Origin: an uncultured Verrucomicrobiae bacterium
GTDB taxonomy: Bacteria > Verrucomicrobiota > Verrucomicrobiia > Limisphaerales > JAFGQR01
DNA length: 52,155 nucleotides
Direction: 5' to 3'
Assembly (NCBI GenBank): GCA_963788655.1
Contig: CAWBHS010000021.1
Location: 1 to 52,155 of the forward strand
Shown: piece after piece, positions 19,739-36,927 of the stretch
Layout of the letters: each line of letters opens with the position of its first letter
Numbering within the stretch: the first letter of the stretch is position 1
Notes under the pieces: model-generated
Seen by the model: the letters and a program-made list of their open reading frames with translations, nothing else
Databases searched by the model: none
Told to the model about the DNA's origin: nothing
Translations under genes and position numbers: made by a program

Positions 19739-20782
19739 TCAATCGGCCGTGGGTAACGTGGCGTTCTTAATCCGATCTTCGGCCAGTTGCCAGCGATAAA
19801 CCGATTGCTGCTGGCTGTGTTTGATTTGTTTGAACAATTCCGGCACGTCGCGTTTTTGCAGCATCAAATCCCGCACTCCCTCCCGTTGGCAACTGAAGAT
19901 TTTGGCGTAGCCTTTGTAAACGCGCGGAACTCCGATGATCCGCGAACAACCTTCAACCGAGATCGGGCGCGCTTGACCCGATGGTAACCGTTCCCTCAGT
20001 CCGTTCTTTTCCATGACCAGAAAACTGAAGGGCAGACTACGCAAATCAATCCCCACCCGCTGGGCAAACCGCACCCACTGGGAGTCGCCCATGATCCCTG
20101 GCGGTGGGGGCGCAAAGAAATGGCACCAATGCCGTTCGTTTTCCGGCGTCAGCAGGCCGCAACGCGCTTGATGCGTGCAAGGGGCCACCAATTCAAACCG
20201 CTCGCGCAAGGCCGCGCGGACGGCGAGCAATGCCCGGCTGTCCGGGTAGGTGCCAGGCTCCACCCAGACAACGGCATCGGCCCGCGTCGCCAAACTCAGC
20301 AGCGTCTCCCGCTGATGCGGCGGAAGTTCATTCAACACGTGACTCAGCACCAGCAAACCTACCGAATCCGCACCCTCCAGCCGATTCAGGTCCGCCCGCT
20401 CGATGGTCAGGGAGGGAAACTCTTTACGGGCGGCAGCCACGGCAAAATCCATTGCCAGGGCCGACCGGTCGAAGCAACGCAAGGTATCAAATCGTTCCGC
20501 CCCCAGCCATTCCACCACGCGCCGGCCGGCGATGCCGCTGCCACAGCCCCAATCGAGCACTGCGCGCGAGGGCGGAGTCCAGCAACGTCGCCGCAACTCT
20601 TTCAGCACCGCGTCCCACTTCCATGCGATGCGCTGCCCGAACGTAGAGTCATAGCTGGCCAAATCGGCCCGGGAGGTCCAATAATCCATCCTCGACGAGT
20701 CACTCTTCAGGAAGGTCTCCCGCAAGCGGTCCAACGCCGGCCAGTCCAAGGTTTCCCAATTCATTTTCAATTCGTTGCTCAC
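19739..20782 (-). CDS. Rsm22-like SAM-dependent methyltransferase
   Basis: VLDWGCGSG, SHVLNEL, VEPGT and APCTH…C…WCHF Cys cluster. Confidence 0.8.
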   Translation of the reverse strand: MSNELKMNWETLDWPALDRLRETFLKSDSSRMDYWTSRADLASYDSTFGQRIAWKWDAVLKELRRRCWTPPSRAVLDWGCGSGIAGRRVVEWLGAERFDTLRCFDRSALAMDFAVAAARKEFPSLTIERADLNRLEGADSVGLLVLSHVLNELPPHQRETLLSLATRADAVVWVEPGTYPDSRALLAVRAALRERFELVAPCTHQARCGLLTPENERHWCHFFAPPPPGIMGDSQWVRFAQRVGIDLRSLPFSFLVMEKNGLRERLPSGQARPISVEGCSRIIGVPRVYKGYAKIFSCQREGVRDLMLQKRDVPELFKQIKHSQQQSVYRWQLAEDRIKNATLPTAD

Positions 20783-21996
20783 GCCGAGCCGGTTGGATCC
20801 AGTGTGAAATCCAATTGTTGCGCGAGCCGTTGGTGCTTGAGGCCGTAAAAAGCGGCCAGTTCTCTGGTGTGTTGTGCCAGGCTGTCTTGATCGACCGGAC
20901 TCCGGCGTTTGATGGCAGCGATCATCAGGTTCTTGGCGGTGTGCTCCGGGGAGATGAATTCAAACACTTTGGTGCGATAACCAGCCCATTCAAGCAGCGC
21001 GGCGCGCAGGCTGTCGGTGACCAATTCGGCCTGACGTTCGCACACGATCCCATGTTTCAACGCAACTGAGAGCGGTGGCGGAGGCTGCAATTGCGGACGC
21101 AGTTCCTTGTGGCAGCAGGGAGCAACCAGGATCAGCTTGGCGCCGGCCAGGATGCCCTTGGCAATGGCGTCATCGGTGGCGGTGTCGCAAGCGTGCAAGG
21201 CCACCAGCACGTCCACATTCGCGACCGCAACATTGGCAATGGTGCCGCATTCGAAACTTAGATCCTGGAAACCATTCTCGCGAGCCACGCGGTTCCCGAG
21301 TGCGACCAGATCGGATCGCGCTTCGATACCGCTCACCTTAGTCTGCCAGCCGGCGCTTTGCAGGAAACCATACGTGGCAAACGTGAGGTACCCCTTGCCG
21401 CAACCCATGTCCATGATGCGCAAACTCCCTGGTGAAGATGCGGACATTTCCGCCAGCAGCGAGGATAGCAACTCAACGAATTTGTTGATTTGCCGAAATT
21501 TGGCGATCATCTCGTCGCAAACCATGCCCGCCGCGGTCGTGACTCCCAGGGCGTGCAACCAGGGATTGGTGCTTGGATCAATCAAACGTTGTTTCCGACG
21601 ATCATGACTGGCGGCGGGTGGGGCCGCGTGAACAGGTTTCCCCCAAGTTATCCGGGGTGCCCGCCCCTCCTCAAAAGCGAGTTCCACCGTTTCTTCGGTG
21701 GTGAAAAGGTGGGCGGCAAGAAATTCAGCGCCAATCAGATCCGTCAATCGGGAAACACCTTCGTCCGGCGGGAAATTCTTGGTGATGTCTTTGGTAACAT
21801 GGCGGTAAACAAACGATAAACGTGGTCCTGCGCGCAGCCGGATGGGGCGGACAAACAGGTTTTTCAAGGTGGCATCGGCACCCCTGTAACGACCAAGTGT
21901 CAGCTTTGCCAGGATGCCCTTGCGCACCGCGGCGTCAAGCCGGGCGAGGAATTCAGCTTTGGCCGATGGTTGATTCATAAACGGACTATTCCACAA
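20779..21996 (-). CDS. SAM-dependent methyltransferase (Methyltransf_32-like)
   Basis: KFRQINKF, DMGCGKGYLTF, ALHACDTATDDA, APCCH and EFISPEHTAKN motifs. Confidence 0.88.
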   Translation of the reverse strand: MWNSPFMNQPSAKAEFLARLDAAVRKGILAKLTLGRYRGADATLKNLFVRPIRLRAGPRLSFVYRHVTKDITKNFPPDEGVSRLTDLIGAEFLAAHLFTTEETVELAFEEGRAPRITWGKPVHAAPPAASHDRRKQRLIDPSTNPWLHALGVTTAAGMVCDEMIAKFRQINKFVELLSSLLAEMSASSPGSLRIMDMGCGKGYLTFATYGFLQSAGWQTKVSGIEARSDLVALGNRVARENGFQDLSFECGTIANVAVANVDVLVALHACDTATDDAIAKGILAGAKLILVAPCCHKELRPQLQPPPPLSVALKHGIVCERQAELVTDSLRAALLEWAGYRTKVFEFISPEHTAKNLMIAAIKRRSPVDQDSLAQHTRELAAFYGLKHQRLAQQLDFTLDPTGSA

Positions 21997-22272
21997 ACCA
22001 CAAGTTCCAAACCATCATCTTTACGGGTTGCGGGGCAACACGCGAGGCAATGTTGGCCAAAGCGCTGACATCCGACTGGCTTGGTTTGTGGAACAACCGC
22101 CTTGCTCCGCGGCAAGGGGGAATCGGAAGCTACGGTTGAGGTTCGCGATCAAGGCCTGTCCGCTGGCTGGTGAGGCAAAACAATATCCGGCCACGGAAGG
22201 CCGGATCGACCGGGCCGCAGGTAACCAATGGAAATCCACACCCGAGCCTCGGAATGGATTTCCGTCAACGGT

Positions 22273-22434
22273 CTATTTGCCGGAGAGGGTTCTTAGTGTC
22301 TTGTGGGCATACGACAGCCACGCCAAGCTCAAGGCAGCGATGATCACCACTTGGCCAATAACCGGGTAACTGTAAACCACATAGGCAATAGAACCGCAAA
22401 CGACCGTTGCCTTCGTTAAATCGACTACATTCAT
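22273..22434 (-). CDS. Small (53-aa) putative membrane protein
   Basis: ATG at 22434 after an AT-rich leader; two hydrophobic segments and a basic tail. Confidence 0.45.
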   Translation of the reverse strand: MNVVDLTKATVVCGSIAYVVYSYPVIGQVVIIAALSLAWLSYAHKTLRTLSGK

Positions 22435-22940
22435 CTGACCATGTTTGATGTTAATTATTTGCGGAAACAGCCGAACCTGTCCACCGCACCGGGAACAATG
22501 AGCACCAACGTTACATTGTCCACCGAACAACGAGTTATTTTCGCATTTCCATAAGGAAGAGCAAGACGCTTCCGCACAATTAGCGACCACTTTCCACTAT
22601 GAATTTCCCGATTGCACTCGACAATTGGTGAAGCAAGGGAAATGCCCTTTCCCGATGGGGCAACGCAATTGTGACGACGGAAGCAAGAAATCCATTTCGA
22701 CGTGAGGAGAATGACCGGGCCTGAACGAGCCGTTTCCTAGGAACGCGGTCCCGGACAGGTTTCGCCCGTCACCAAGTAACAAGGCACCCCTGGCAAACTG
22801 TGACCGCCAGTTCAGTCAGCCTCAGCTCCAACCAGAAAGCTCGGGACGTTGAGCCCGCAGCGATTAGCGTGCATAGCATGGACTTAATCGGCAGAATCCG
22901 CTTCTCGCCTTTTCGCTTGCTCGCCTCCTTAGGGCTTTCT

Positions 22941-23438
22941 ATGGTAGCGCCAATGGCTTTAGTAGTCATACTGCTGGCGGCGGGTGTTATCCTGATCCTG
23001 CTGGAAACGGTGTTGCCCGGCATGGTGGCCGGCATCGTGGGCGTCGGTTGCCTCATCGGAGGGGTGGTGGCGGGCTATACCGAACTGGAGCCCCCGGCCG
23101 GCAATTACGTTCTGTTGGGCGTGATGATTGGCTTGATTGGCGGATTTGGCTTGTGGGCCAAGTATTTTCCGGAAAGCCGGTTTGCCCGGGTGTTCATTTC
23201 CCAAGGCGAAGTGGGCGTCGTGGGGGCAGAAAAGCCGGAACTGCTCGATCAATCCGGCACCACGTTGACCGCCCTGCGGCCCTCGGGAACGGCGATCATT
23301 AAGGGAAAACGGGTGGATGTGGTTACTGAGGGTCCCTTTATTGAGCGTGGCGCCACGGTTAAAGTCGTAGCGATTGAAGGCATGCGCGTCGTGGTGCGCG
23401 CTCAAGCGCAAGCGCAATCTCCACCACAGGCAAATTGA
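22941..23438 (+). CDS. Short NfeD-like protein (TM segments + OB-fold)
   Basis: LETVLPG…G, then GTTLTALRPSGTAIIKGKRVDVVTEGPFI…VKVVAIEGMRVVV; directly upstream of floA. Confidence 0.85.
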   Translation: MVAPMALVVILLAAGVILILLETVLPGMVAGIVGVGCLIGGVVAGYTELEPPAGNYVLLGVMIGLIGGFGLWAKYFPESRFARVFISQGEVGVVGAEKPELLDQSGTTLTALRPSGTAIIKGKRVDVVTEGPFIERGATVKVVAIEGMRVVVRAQAQAQSPPQAN

Positions 23439-23463
23439 ACTAAACTGACAAAAGGACAAAACT

Positions 23464-24567
23464 ATGAACTATCTCCTGGCTCAAGTGGGCGGCGACAATC
23501 CCCCGAACGTGATCACCTTGGCGTTCTGGGCCTTGGTATTGCTGGTCGCTTTCGTGCTCGTGCTCATTCTCATCAACTTCGGCATGATTTGGGTGCGCGC
23601 GTTGACTTCCGGCGCCCGGGTCAGCTTTTCCGAATTGATCGCTCTCCGCCTGCGCCGCGTTCCGGTGGGACTCATCGTGGACGTGCGCATCACTGCGGTC
23701 AAATCCGGCTTGCGCGTACGGGATCCGGAATTGGGCGATTTCCGGTTGGTATCGATCGACGACCTTTCGACGCATTACTTGGCGGGTGGCAATGTCGAAA
23801 TGGTTGTGTTGGCGCTCATAGCGGCCCAAAAAGCCGGCATCCACCTCGAATTCGATCGTGCTTGCGCCATCGACCTGGCCACCAAAGGAACCGGCAAAAC
23901 CGTGTTGGAGGCCGTGAAAACTTCGGTCAATCCCAAGGTAATTGATTGCCCCAATGCCAGTTCCGGCAAGGTGACCATTGATGCCGTGGCTAAAGACGGC
24001 ATTGTGATCAAAGCCAAGGCCCGCGTGACCGTCCGCACCAATCTTGAACGGTTTGTGGGCGGCGCCACTGAGGAAACCATCATTGCCCGGGTGGGTGAGG
24101 GCATTGTCACCACCATCGGTTCGGCGGACAGTTACAAGGACGTGCTGGAAAATCCCGACCGCATCTCGAAGACGGTGCTGGGCAAAGCGCTGGATTCCAA
24201 CACCGCCTTTGAAATTCTTTCGATTGATATTGCCGACGTGGACATCGGCGACAATGTCGGCGCCAAATTGCAGGCCGAACAGGCCGATGCCAACAAGCTC
24301 ATTGCCCAGGCCCAGGCCGAAGTCCGGCGGGCGGCCGCGGTGGCTCTCGAACAGGAAAACGTGGCCCGCGTGCAGGAGATGCGCGCCCGCTTGGTGGAAG
24401 CCGAAGCCCAAGTGCCGCTGGCCATTTCCGATGCGTTCCGTTCCGGCAACCTCGGCGTCATGGATTACTATCGCCTGCGCAACATCCAGTCGGACACGTC
24501 CATGCGCGACAGCATTGCCGGCACCGGGACCGGCTCGAGTTCACCGCAGAACCCACCGACGGCCTAA
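23464..24567 (+). CDS. floA: Flotillin-like protein FloA (YqfA/UPF0365)
   Basis: [60 protein letters not shown] and GNLGVMDYY motifs. Confidence 0.93.
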   Translation: MNYLLAQVGGDNPPNVITLAFWALVLLVAFVLVLILINFGMIWVRALTSGARVSFSELIALRLRRVPVGLIVDVRITAVKSGLRVRDPELGDFRLVSIDDLSTHYLAGGNVEMVVLALIAAQKAGIHLEFDRACAIDLATKGTGKTVLEAVKTSVNPKVIDCPNASSGKVTIDAVAKDGIVIKAKARVTVRTNLERFVGGATEETIIARVGEGIVTTIGSADSYKDVLENPDRISKTVLGKALDSNTAFEILSIDIADVDIGDNVGAKLQAEQADANKLIAQAQAEVRRAAAVALEQENVARVQEMRARLVEAEAQVPLAISDAFRSGNLGVMDYYRLRNIQSDTSMRDSIAGTGTGSSSPQNPPTA

Positions 24568-24594
24568 GTTCATATTGGACAGTTCACCAAGGCC

Positions 24595-25281
24595 ATGCTT
24601 ATGAACCTGATGTTGGCGGTCGGTTTTGACACTCTGTTTGCCGTGCTGGTGTTTGTCATCATTGCCGGGCTTTCGTCTTGGTTGAAAAAGAAACAACGGG
24701 CGGATGAGGACAACGGTTCTTTGTCCTCACGCCCCTCATCGGCTTCGAGAAATCCCCAGCGCCGGCCGCCGCCGATGGCGTCCTCACCGCCACGCGCCAC
24801 CAGTTGGGAAGACGAATTGCGCCGTTTGTTGCAGGGCGAACCGGAAGCGCCCGCCACGCCGCCCCCCGTCATCGTATCCTCGGCGCCGCCGCCTCAGCTC
24901 CACCCCCAGCCGGGGGCCTCGTTGCGACCGCCGACCTTGCCGGCAGCGCGGACGCCGCGCCGGGCGCCTATCCGCCCAACGCGTCCCCTCGAAGTGGCGC
25001 TTACCGTTTCATCCAGTGGATTCCAGGAAGGGATGAAAGCCCAGGAAATACAAGAGAAAACCAAGGAACTGGACCGGCAGGTCCAAAAACAAATGCGGAT
25101 GCTCGGCGAACACCTACGCCATCAAACGGCGGAGATGGAAGCGCCCAAAGCCGCCGCCGAACGCCTGCTTGCTCGGGCAATGCTTCGCGATCGGCAATCG
25201 ATTCGCGCGGCGATGGTGGTGTCGGCCATTCTGGGGCCGCCCAAAGCCTTGGAAGGTCAGCCGGCTTCCCGGGCTATCTGA
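24595..25281 (+). CDS. Pro-rich membrane-anchored protein, YqfB-like third gene of the flotillin operon
   Basis: N-terminal TM, disordered Pro-rich middle, C-terminal RAAMVVSAILGPPKAL; operon position. Confidence 0.7.
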   Translation: MLMNLMLAVGFDTLFAVLVFVIIAGLSSWLKKKQRADEDNGSLSSRPSSASRNPQRRPPPMASSPPRATSWEDELRRLLQGEPEAPATPPPVIVSSAPPPQLHPQPGASLRPPTLPAARTPRRAPIRPTRPLEVALTVSSSGFQEGMKAQEIQEKTKELDRQVQKQMRMLGEHLRHQTAEMEAPKAAAERLLARAMLRDRQSIRAAMVVSAILGPPKALEGQPASRAI

Positions 25282-25591
25282 CTTGTTTGGCCGCGCCTTT
25301 TACGTTTTCCCAGAGAACTTTCTTACCGTCGAAGGCGGCGGCGTATTCTTTGCCATCCACCGTCCGGGCTTTGGCGGTCACCCGGCTTTTGGCTTTGCCT
25401 GACCACACGACCTTGCCTTTATAGGCGACAGTGGCTTTGCCGTTGGCCACCGTTACCTTGACGCCGGCGGCCGCGTTCCGGGCACTCTGCTTGATGCCGC
25501 TGAGATTCTGCGCCCTCACGGGGATTGCCATGGAAACGGAAAAGAGGGCCAGCAGCAGCCCCGCCCCTAATCTGGTTAGCTTTGTTTTCAT
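25274..25591 (-). CDS. Small basic secreted protein of unknown function
   Basis: Signal peptide ending VRA; internal repeat YKGKVVW / FDGKKVLW. Confidence 0.65.
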   Translation of the reverse strand: MKTKLTRLGAGLLLALFSVSMAIPVRAQNLSGIKQSARNAAAGVKVTVANGKATVAYKGKVVWSGKAKSRVTAKARTVDGKEYAAAFDGKKVLWENVKGAAKQVR

Positions 25592-25954
25592 AATCGAACG
25601 ACCAATGGTTTGCTTTTGCACGGACTACTTGAACGTGTGCGGGGCGACGGGGAAAAGCAATGGTGGATTTGAACACCCGCATGAGCCTCCAGCGCTGACG
25701 CGTTCCTTTCGGCCTTGCGCCAATTCCGTCTAATACTACAGCGACAGTTCCGGCAAATCGCGGCAGGAGCGCGGCGTTTACGCCGCTTCACCGTCCTATC
25801 CCGCAAGCCGCTGGTTGGCCTTGGGTGCTTGAAGCGGCTAAAGGCCGCGCGCCTATCGGTGAAAGTGTCGCTGTAGTGCTAACCGCCCGCCCGCCCGCCG
25901 TGCGTCTCATTGAATTTATCTTGGTTTCCGTAGTTTTACGGATACACTCCGAGC

Positions 25955-26431
25955 ATGCCATCGCGGAAAAGTGCGGGTTTACTATTGTATCGGGTCCAAG
26001 CCGGGTCGTTGGAGGTCCTGCTGGCGCATCCCGGAGGGCCTTACTTTACCCACAAGGACAATGGGCATTGGACCATCCCCAAAGGCGAAATCGAGGAAGG
26101 CGAAGCCTATCTCGAAACGGCCATTCGTGAGTTTAAGGAGGAAGTCGGCATTGCCGTCGATCCGGGCAGTCCCTTCTGCGATCTGGGCTCGATCCGCCAA
26201 CGAGGCGGCAAGATCGTGCATGCCTGGGCAGTCGAGGGCGATTACGACCACTCCCAACCCATCCCCACAAGCACCTTCGAGATGGAATGGCCGCCGCATT
26301 CCGGCAAGCGGCAGCAGTTCCCCGAGGTGGACCAACTCGAGTTCTTCACGCTCGACCTGGCGAGGGTCAAATTGAAGGACACCCAGCAGCCCTTCCTCCA
26401 GCGTCTGGAAGCAGCATTGAAACAGAGCTAG
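25955..26431 (+). CDS. NUDIX hydrolase
   Basis: SAGLLLYR, LAHPGGP, WTIPKGE…AIREFKEEVG Nudix box and FPEVD. Confidence 0.9.
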   Translation: MPSRKSAGLLLYRVQAGSLEVLLAHPGGPYFTHKDNGHWTIPKGEIEEGEAYLETAIREFKEEVGIAVDPGSPFCDLGSIRQRGGKIVHAWAVEGDYDHSQPIPTSTFEMEWPPHSGKRQQFPEVDQLEFFTLDLARVKLKDTQQPFLQRLEAALKQS

Positions 26432-26477
26432 CGTTCGGGCGGGATTTCTTTTACGCCTTGCTTCCGGCTGTGCTGTC

Positions 26478-28112
26478 ATGGTGTCCACGACAAATGAGCC
26501 GGTAAATTTTATGAACCGCACCAACTACGAGCAGATGCTCAAGACCTTCTTCACTTGCGACCCGCACGCGATCACCGACATCTTCCGGGAATTTCTGCTG
26601 GCGATGCAGGCTGAGGAAACGTTGCCGCCCGCGGCGACGATGGCGCAGAATTACGAGACGGCCCAAGCCAACCCGGAAATCCACGTCCTGCCCGGCAACC
26701 TCAAGGATGCCCGCGATGCGGTGTTTCCGTATTTCTGGGGCACCGACAGTTGGGCGTCGCCGCTGCACTTGGAGAACGTGAAGGGGCCGGCGAGTTATGC
26801 GTCGCTCGTGGGCGCGCTGGCCTGTCTGCTCAAGAATCCGAATCTCTGCACCGACACGTACAGCCAGCGCTCGAACGAACTTGAAATCAAAGCCGTCACC
26901 GCGTTGGCCAATCTGCTGTATTACCACATCGAAGATCCTTGGGGCGTGTTCACCATGGGCGGAACCATCTCGAATCTTTACGGCGCCAAAATCGGCATCG
27001 AAAAAGTGGTGCCGGGCGCCATGCAGCGCGGACTGCAAGGCGTGAAGGTGGCGGGGCTTGTATCGGCCGCCGCGCACTATAGCAACAAAAGCCTCGCCGG
27101 CTGGTTGGGACTCGGTACGGAACATTTGCACGCGATCCCCACCGACGGTGCCCTGTCCATGCGGCTTGATTTGTTGGCGGAAAAACTCGAAGCCCTGCAG
27201 CGCGAGGGAACGCGGGTTGCCTTTGTCACCGCGACCTTCGGCACGACCGACGCCTTTGGGATCGATGATGTGGCAGGCATTCGGCGCGTGCTCGACGACC
27301 ATGCGACGCGGCATGGCGTGCCTGCCCCGCAATTGCACGTGGATGCCGCGGTGGGCTGGGTGTTGAGTTTCCTGACTGCGTACGACTTGGATCGCAATGA
27401 GATCGGCTTCCAACCGGAACTGCTGCCGCTGGTTAAACAAACCCAACAATTCACCGCCGGATTGCGCCAGGCGGACAGCATCACGATTGATTTCCATAAA
27501 ATGGGTTGGGGCCATTATCCGGGGAGCACGTTGTTGGTGAACCGGCGCGCGGATTTGCGGCATCTCGCGCGCACCGTGGTCGATACGCCCTATCTGTCCG
27601 AGGCGGACGGCCGGCGCGACCCGGCGCTCTTCACGCTGGAATGTTCGCGTCCGGCGCTGGGGCCATACACCGTCATGGCCTCGCTCAACAGCCTCGGCCT
27701 CACCGGTTGGCAAATGCTTGTAGCCCGCGCCCTCGAACTGGCCGCGCACCTGAAACAGCGGCTCGAACAGCTCGATTACTGTAAGGTGCTCAACCTGGAC
27801 ACCACCGGCCCGAACGTCGTCTGGTGGGTGCTGCCCAAAGGCCGTGATGCCAAACAGATTTTCGCGCAAGCGGTATCCGGTCAACTGCCGTCGGAGCAGT
27901 TCCAGAAATACGCCGGCGAAGTCCGTCACCTGTTTGACCAACGCGCCAAGACCATGGACCCGGCCCTGGATGCGCGCCTCGGCTTTACCACGAGCATTGG
28001 GTACTGTCCCCACGGCCTCGAACTGCCCGCGTGGAAGGCGGTGTTCTTCAATCCCAAGACCGACGAGGCGATCATTGAACGGTTGATCGCCAGCATTGAA
28101 GAGGTGGCTTGA
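26478..28112 (+). CDS. Group II PLP-dependent decarboxylase
   Basis: GGTISNLY, AHYS, FGTTDAFGIDD, HVDAAVG, ITIDFHK (PLP lysine) and ECSR motifs. Confidence 0.88.
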   Translation: MVSTTNEPVNFMNRTNYEQMLKTFFTCDPHAITDIFREFLLAMQAEETLPPAATMAQNYETAQANPEIHVLPGNLKDARDAVFPYFWGTDSWASPLHLENVKGPASYASLVGALACLLKNPNLCTDTYSQRSNELEIKAVTALANLLYYHIEDPWGVFTMGGTISNLYGAKIGIEKVVPGAMQRGLQGVKVAGLVSAAAHYSNKSLAGWLGLGTEHLHAIPTDGALSMRLDLLAEKLEALQREGTRVAFVTATFGTTDAFGIDDVAGIRRVLDDHATRHGVPAPQLHVDAAVGWVLSFLTAYDLDRNEIGFQPELLPLVKQTQQFTAGLRQADSITIDFHKMGWGHYPGSTLLVNRRADLRHLARTVVDTPYLSEADGRRDPALFTLECSRPALGPYTVMASLNSLGLTGWQMLVARALELAAHLKQRLEQLDYCKVLNLDTTGPNVVWWVLPKGRDAKQIFAQAVSGQLPSEQFQKYAGEVRHLFDQRAKTMDPALDARLGFTTSIGYCPHGLELPAWKAVFFNPKTDEAIIERLIASIEEVA

Positions 28113-28192
28113 AAACGAGCGGCCAGTATTGGAAAGCGCGCCGGGATGTCCAAAACTCGTGGTTGGCGGGAAGTATTGATAGAGATTGACGA

Positions 28193-28744
28193 ATGTCGGC
28201 TGATTCAAAGCATCGGGGCGATGATCCAACCGCTGCCCAACAGCGGTTTCTTTCGCTGTTCTTACGCAGTGAACGGGAGGTTTTTCGCTACGTGGCGGCC
28301 TTGGTCCCGAACGTGGTGGACGCCGAAGACATTGTTCAGCAGACCGCCATAGCCCTTTGGGAAAAGTTCGACGCCTATGATCCCGCTCAGCCGTTCACCC
28401 CCTGGGCGTGCCGGTTTGCCTTGAACAAGGCCCGGCAGTGGATCGAGCGGCGGCAACGCTGGCAGGCCCTCCTGGACCATGGTTTGGCGGAGGAGTTGGC
28501 GCATCGGCGGCAGGAATTGCAGCCTGAATTGGAACGACGCCTAAAGCACTTGGAGGCTTGTCTCGGGAAGTTGCCACCAACGCAGCGCTCATTGATCGAG
28601 GGTTATTACTACGAACGCACCGACATCGAATCCCTGGCCGGGCGCTCCGGCAGAACCGTGGCCGCAACCTACAAGATGCTGCAGCGCGTCCGCCAGGGGC
28701 TCCAGCTCTGCGTGGGCGCCCAGGCCCAACCGGAGGTCGTATGA
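28193..28744 (+). CDS. ECF RNA polymerase sigma factor (Rhodopirellula/Verrucomicrobium type)
   Basis: DAEDIVQQT…LWEKFDAYD…FTPWACRFA; region 4 CLGKLP…YKMLQRVR. Confidence 0.9.
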   Translation: MSADSKHRGDDPTAAQQRFLSLFLRSEREVFRYVAALVPNVVDAEDIVQQTAIALWEKFDAYDPAQPFTPWACRFALNKARQWIERRQRWQALLDHGLAEELAHRRQELQPELERRLKHLEACLGKLPPTQRSLIEGYYYERTDIESLAGRSGRTVAATYKMLQRVRQGLQLCVGAQAQPEVV

Positions 28745-30402
28745 AACTCTCGTTCCCTTCCCCGGAGTTTGACGACGTTGTGGCTGGCGTCTGCCACGGC
28801 TCCGCCACTGAAGCGCAGATGCGCGCCTTGAATGAGTTGTTGCGGACCAACTCGAGCGCTCAGGACGAGTATTTAATGCGGATCGAGATTCACACGCGGT
28901 TGGCATCCGAGCCGGACCTTTTTTGTCAGGGCGTGTCTGAAGGTTCAGTTCCTCTGGTAGCAGCCGACGTCAGGAGGCTCAAATCTCTTGCGCCGAAGAA
29001 AGGTCAGAGCCTCCTCACGTCGGCTGCTACGAAATCAACGGCGCCGGCGACCAGAAGAAGATTGGTGCCAGTGCTGGCGTTGGCGGCCTGCCTGGTCCTC
29101 ACCGCCGTGGGCGTATGGAGCTTGTGGTTCAAGCGGCCGGTCACCAGGGACGGAGCCACCAGCAACGCCGTGGCCATGCTCACCCGTGCCGTGGACGAGC
29201 GTTGGGGCCAGAGCACCGGTCCGCTCCGAGTAGGCGGCGCCCTGGAACCGGGCTGGCTTCGTCTGGAGTCCGGCCTGGCCCAAGTGGACTTTTACAGCGG
29301 GGCGCGCGTGGTGCTCGAGGGACCGGCGGAATTACGGCTCGTTTCCCCGAGCGAAGCCATCTGTTCAACCGGGCGACTGCTTGCGGAAGTGCCACCGCCA
29401 GCGCGCGGATTCCGCCTGAAAACCGATCAACTCAACGTGGTGGATCTCGGGACCGCGTTCGGGATTGACGCCAACCACGCCCGGACTGAAGTTCACGTCT
29501 TCAAAGGAAAGGTGGAGTTGCTTCCGGGAACGGCGGCCAAGCAGTCACTGGGCGAAGGGCAGGCCGCCGTAGTGCATGGAAGCGGTCCACCGCGGTTGAT
29601 GGCCGCAAGGGCGACGGCCTTTGCTTCAATGTTCGAATTTCAGCAGCGCTCCTTGGCCTCAGAGGCGTTCCGCTATGAACAGTGGCAGTTCTCCAGTGCT
29701 CGGCTCAACCAGGATCCGTCTCTGGTGGTGCATTTGGATTTCGAGAACCTCAGCGGCTTGGACTGGACGTTGCGTAATGCGGCCGAAAAGAACCGGTCCG
29801 TGCCGAATGCGACCATTGTCGGCTGCCAGCGCGCCGAAGGACGATGGCGGGAGAAACAGGCGCTGGAGTTTCAGAGCGTCAATGACCGCGTGCGCCTGGC
29901 GGTGCCCGGAGACTTCGGCGCCTTGACTCTTTCCGCCTGGGTCTGCGTCAAGGGACTGGATCGGCAGTTCAACTCGCTGTTCATGTGCGATGGTTTCGAG
30001 CCCGGAACGATTCATTGGTTGATCCGCGACGATGGCGCTCTGGGTCTAACCGTGATTGGCCCAGGCTCGGGAGACTTTCAAATTCTGGCCAGCCCTCCCG
30101 TGCTCACCCTCGACCAGCTCGGTATGTGGCTCCATTTGGCCGTAGTTCTCGATGGCAAAGCCAGGCAGGTGATTCACTACCTCAACGGACTCCCGGTTTC
30201 GCGCCATGCACTGAAACTGGGGCCGCCGTTTCGGCTCGGTGCGGCCGAGTTGGGCAACTGGAATGCACAAAGTGGTCCCAACCCAGCCCCGATCCTCATG
30301 CGCAACTTTGGCGGCTCGATCGATGACTTCGAGCTGTTCAGCCGTGCGCTGACTGACGCGGAAGTCCGCGCGCTTTATGACAAAGGCAAACCCGGCATGT
30401 AA
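28741..30402 (+). CDS. FecR-domain + LamG-domain anti-sigma factor / sensor
   Basis: ATGA overlap with the sigma gene; N-terminal anti-sigma domain, TM, FecR motif VVDLGTAFG…EVHVFKGKV and C-terminal LamG (TLSAWV…WLHLAVV…GSIDDFELFSRAL). Confidence 0.85.
   Translation: MKLSFPSPEFDDVVAGVCHGSATEAQMRALNELLRTNSSAQDEYLMRIEIHTRLASEPDLFCQGVSEGSVPLVAADVRRLKSLAPKKGQSLLTSAATKSTAPATRRRLVPVLALAACLVLTAVGVWSLWFKRPVTRDGATSNAVAMLTRAVDERWGQSTGPLRVGGALEPGWLRLESGLAQVDFYSGARVVLEGPAELRLVSPSEAICSTGRLLAEVPPPARGFRLKTDQLNVVDLGTAFGIDANHARTEVHVFKGKVELLPGTAAKQSLGEGQAAVVHGSGPPRLMAARATAFASMFEFQQRSLASEAFRYEQWQFSSARLNQDPSLVVHLDFENLSGLDWTLRNAAEKNRSVPNATIVGCQRAEGRWREKQALEFQSVNDRVRLAVPGDFGALTLSAWVCVKGLDRQFNSLFMCDGFEPGTIHWLIRDDGALGLTVIGPGSGDFQILASPPVLTLDQLGMWLHLAVVLDGKARQVIHYLNGLPVSRHALKLGPPFRLGAAELGNWNAQSGPNPAPILMRNFGGSIDDFELFSRALTDAEVRALYDKGKPGM
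28957..29030. repeat. GTAG-type REP doublet (REPIN) inside the FecR CDS
   Basis: gtagcagccgacgtcaggaggctc…gagcctcctcacgtcggctgctac; second copy at 38728-38813. Confidence 0.85.
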
Positions 30403-30433
30403 CCTAAATCCCAAACCGTGAATCCAAATTGAA

Positions 30434-33781
<3,348 letters not shown>

Positions 33782-33861
33782 CATTACTTCAGGCCGGTCG
33801 TGGCGGGTGTGTGCCCGTGCCGCCTAAAAAGGGCTTAATATTACTTGATGATGAAAGGTGA

Positions 33862-36868
<3,007 letters not shown>

Positions 36869-36927
36869 GGTGAGTCGCCGACTCGGCCGCCCGCCTCGCG
36901 GGACAAGTCATCATTGAAATTGGACAT

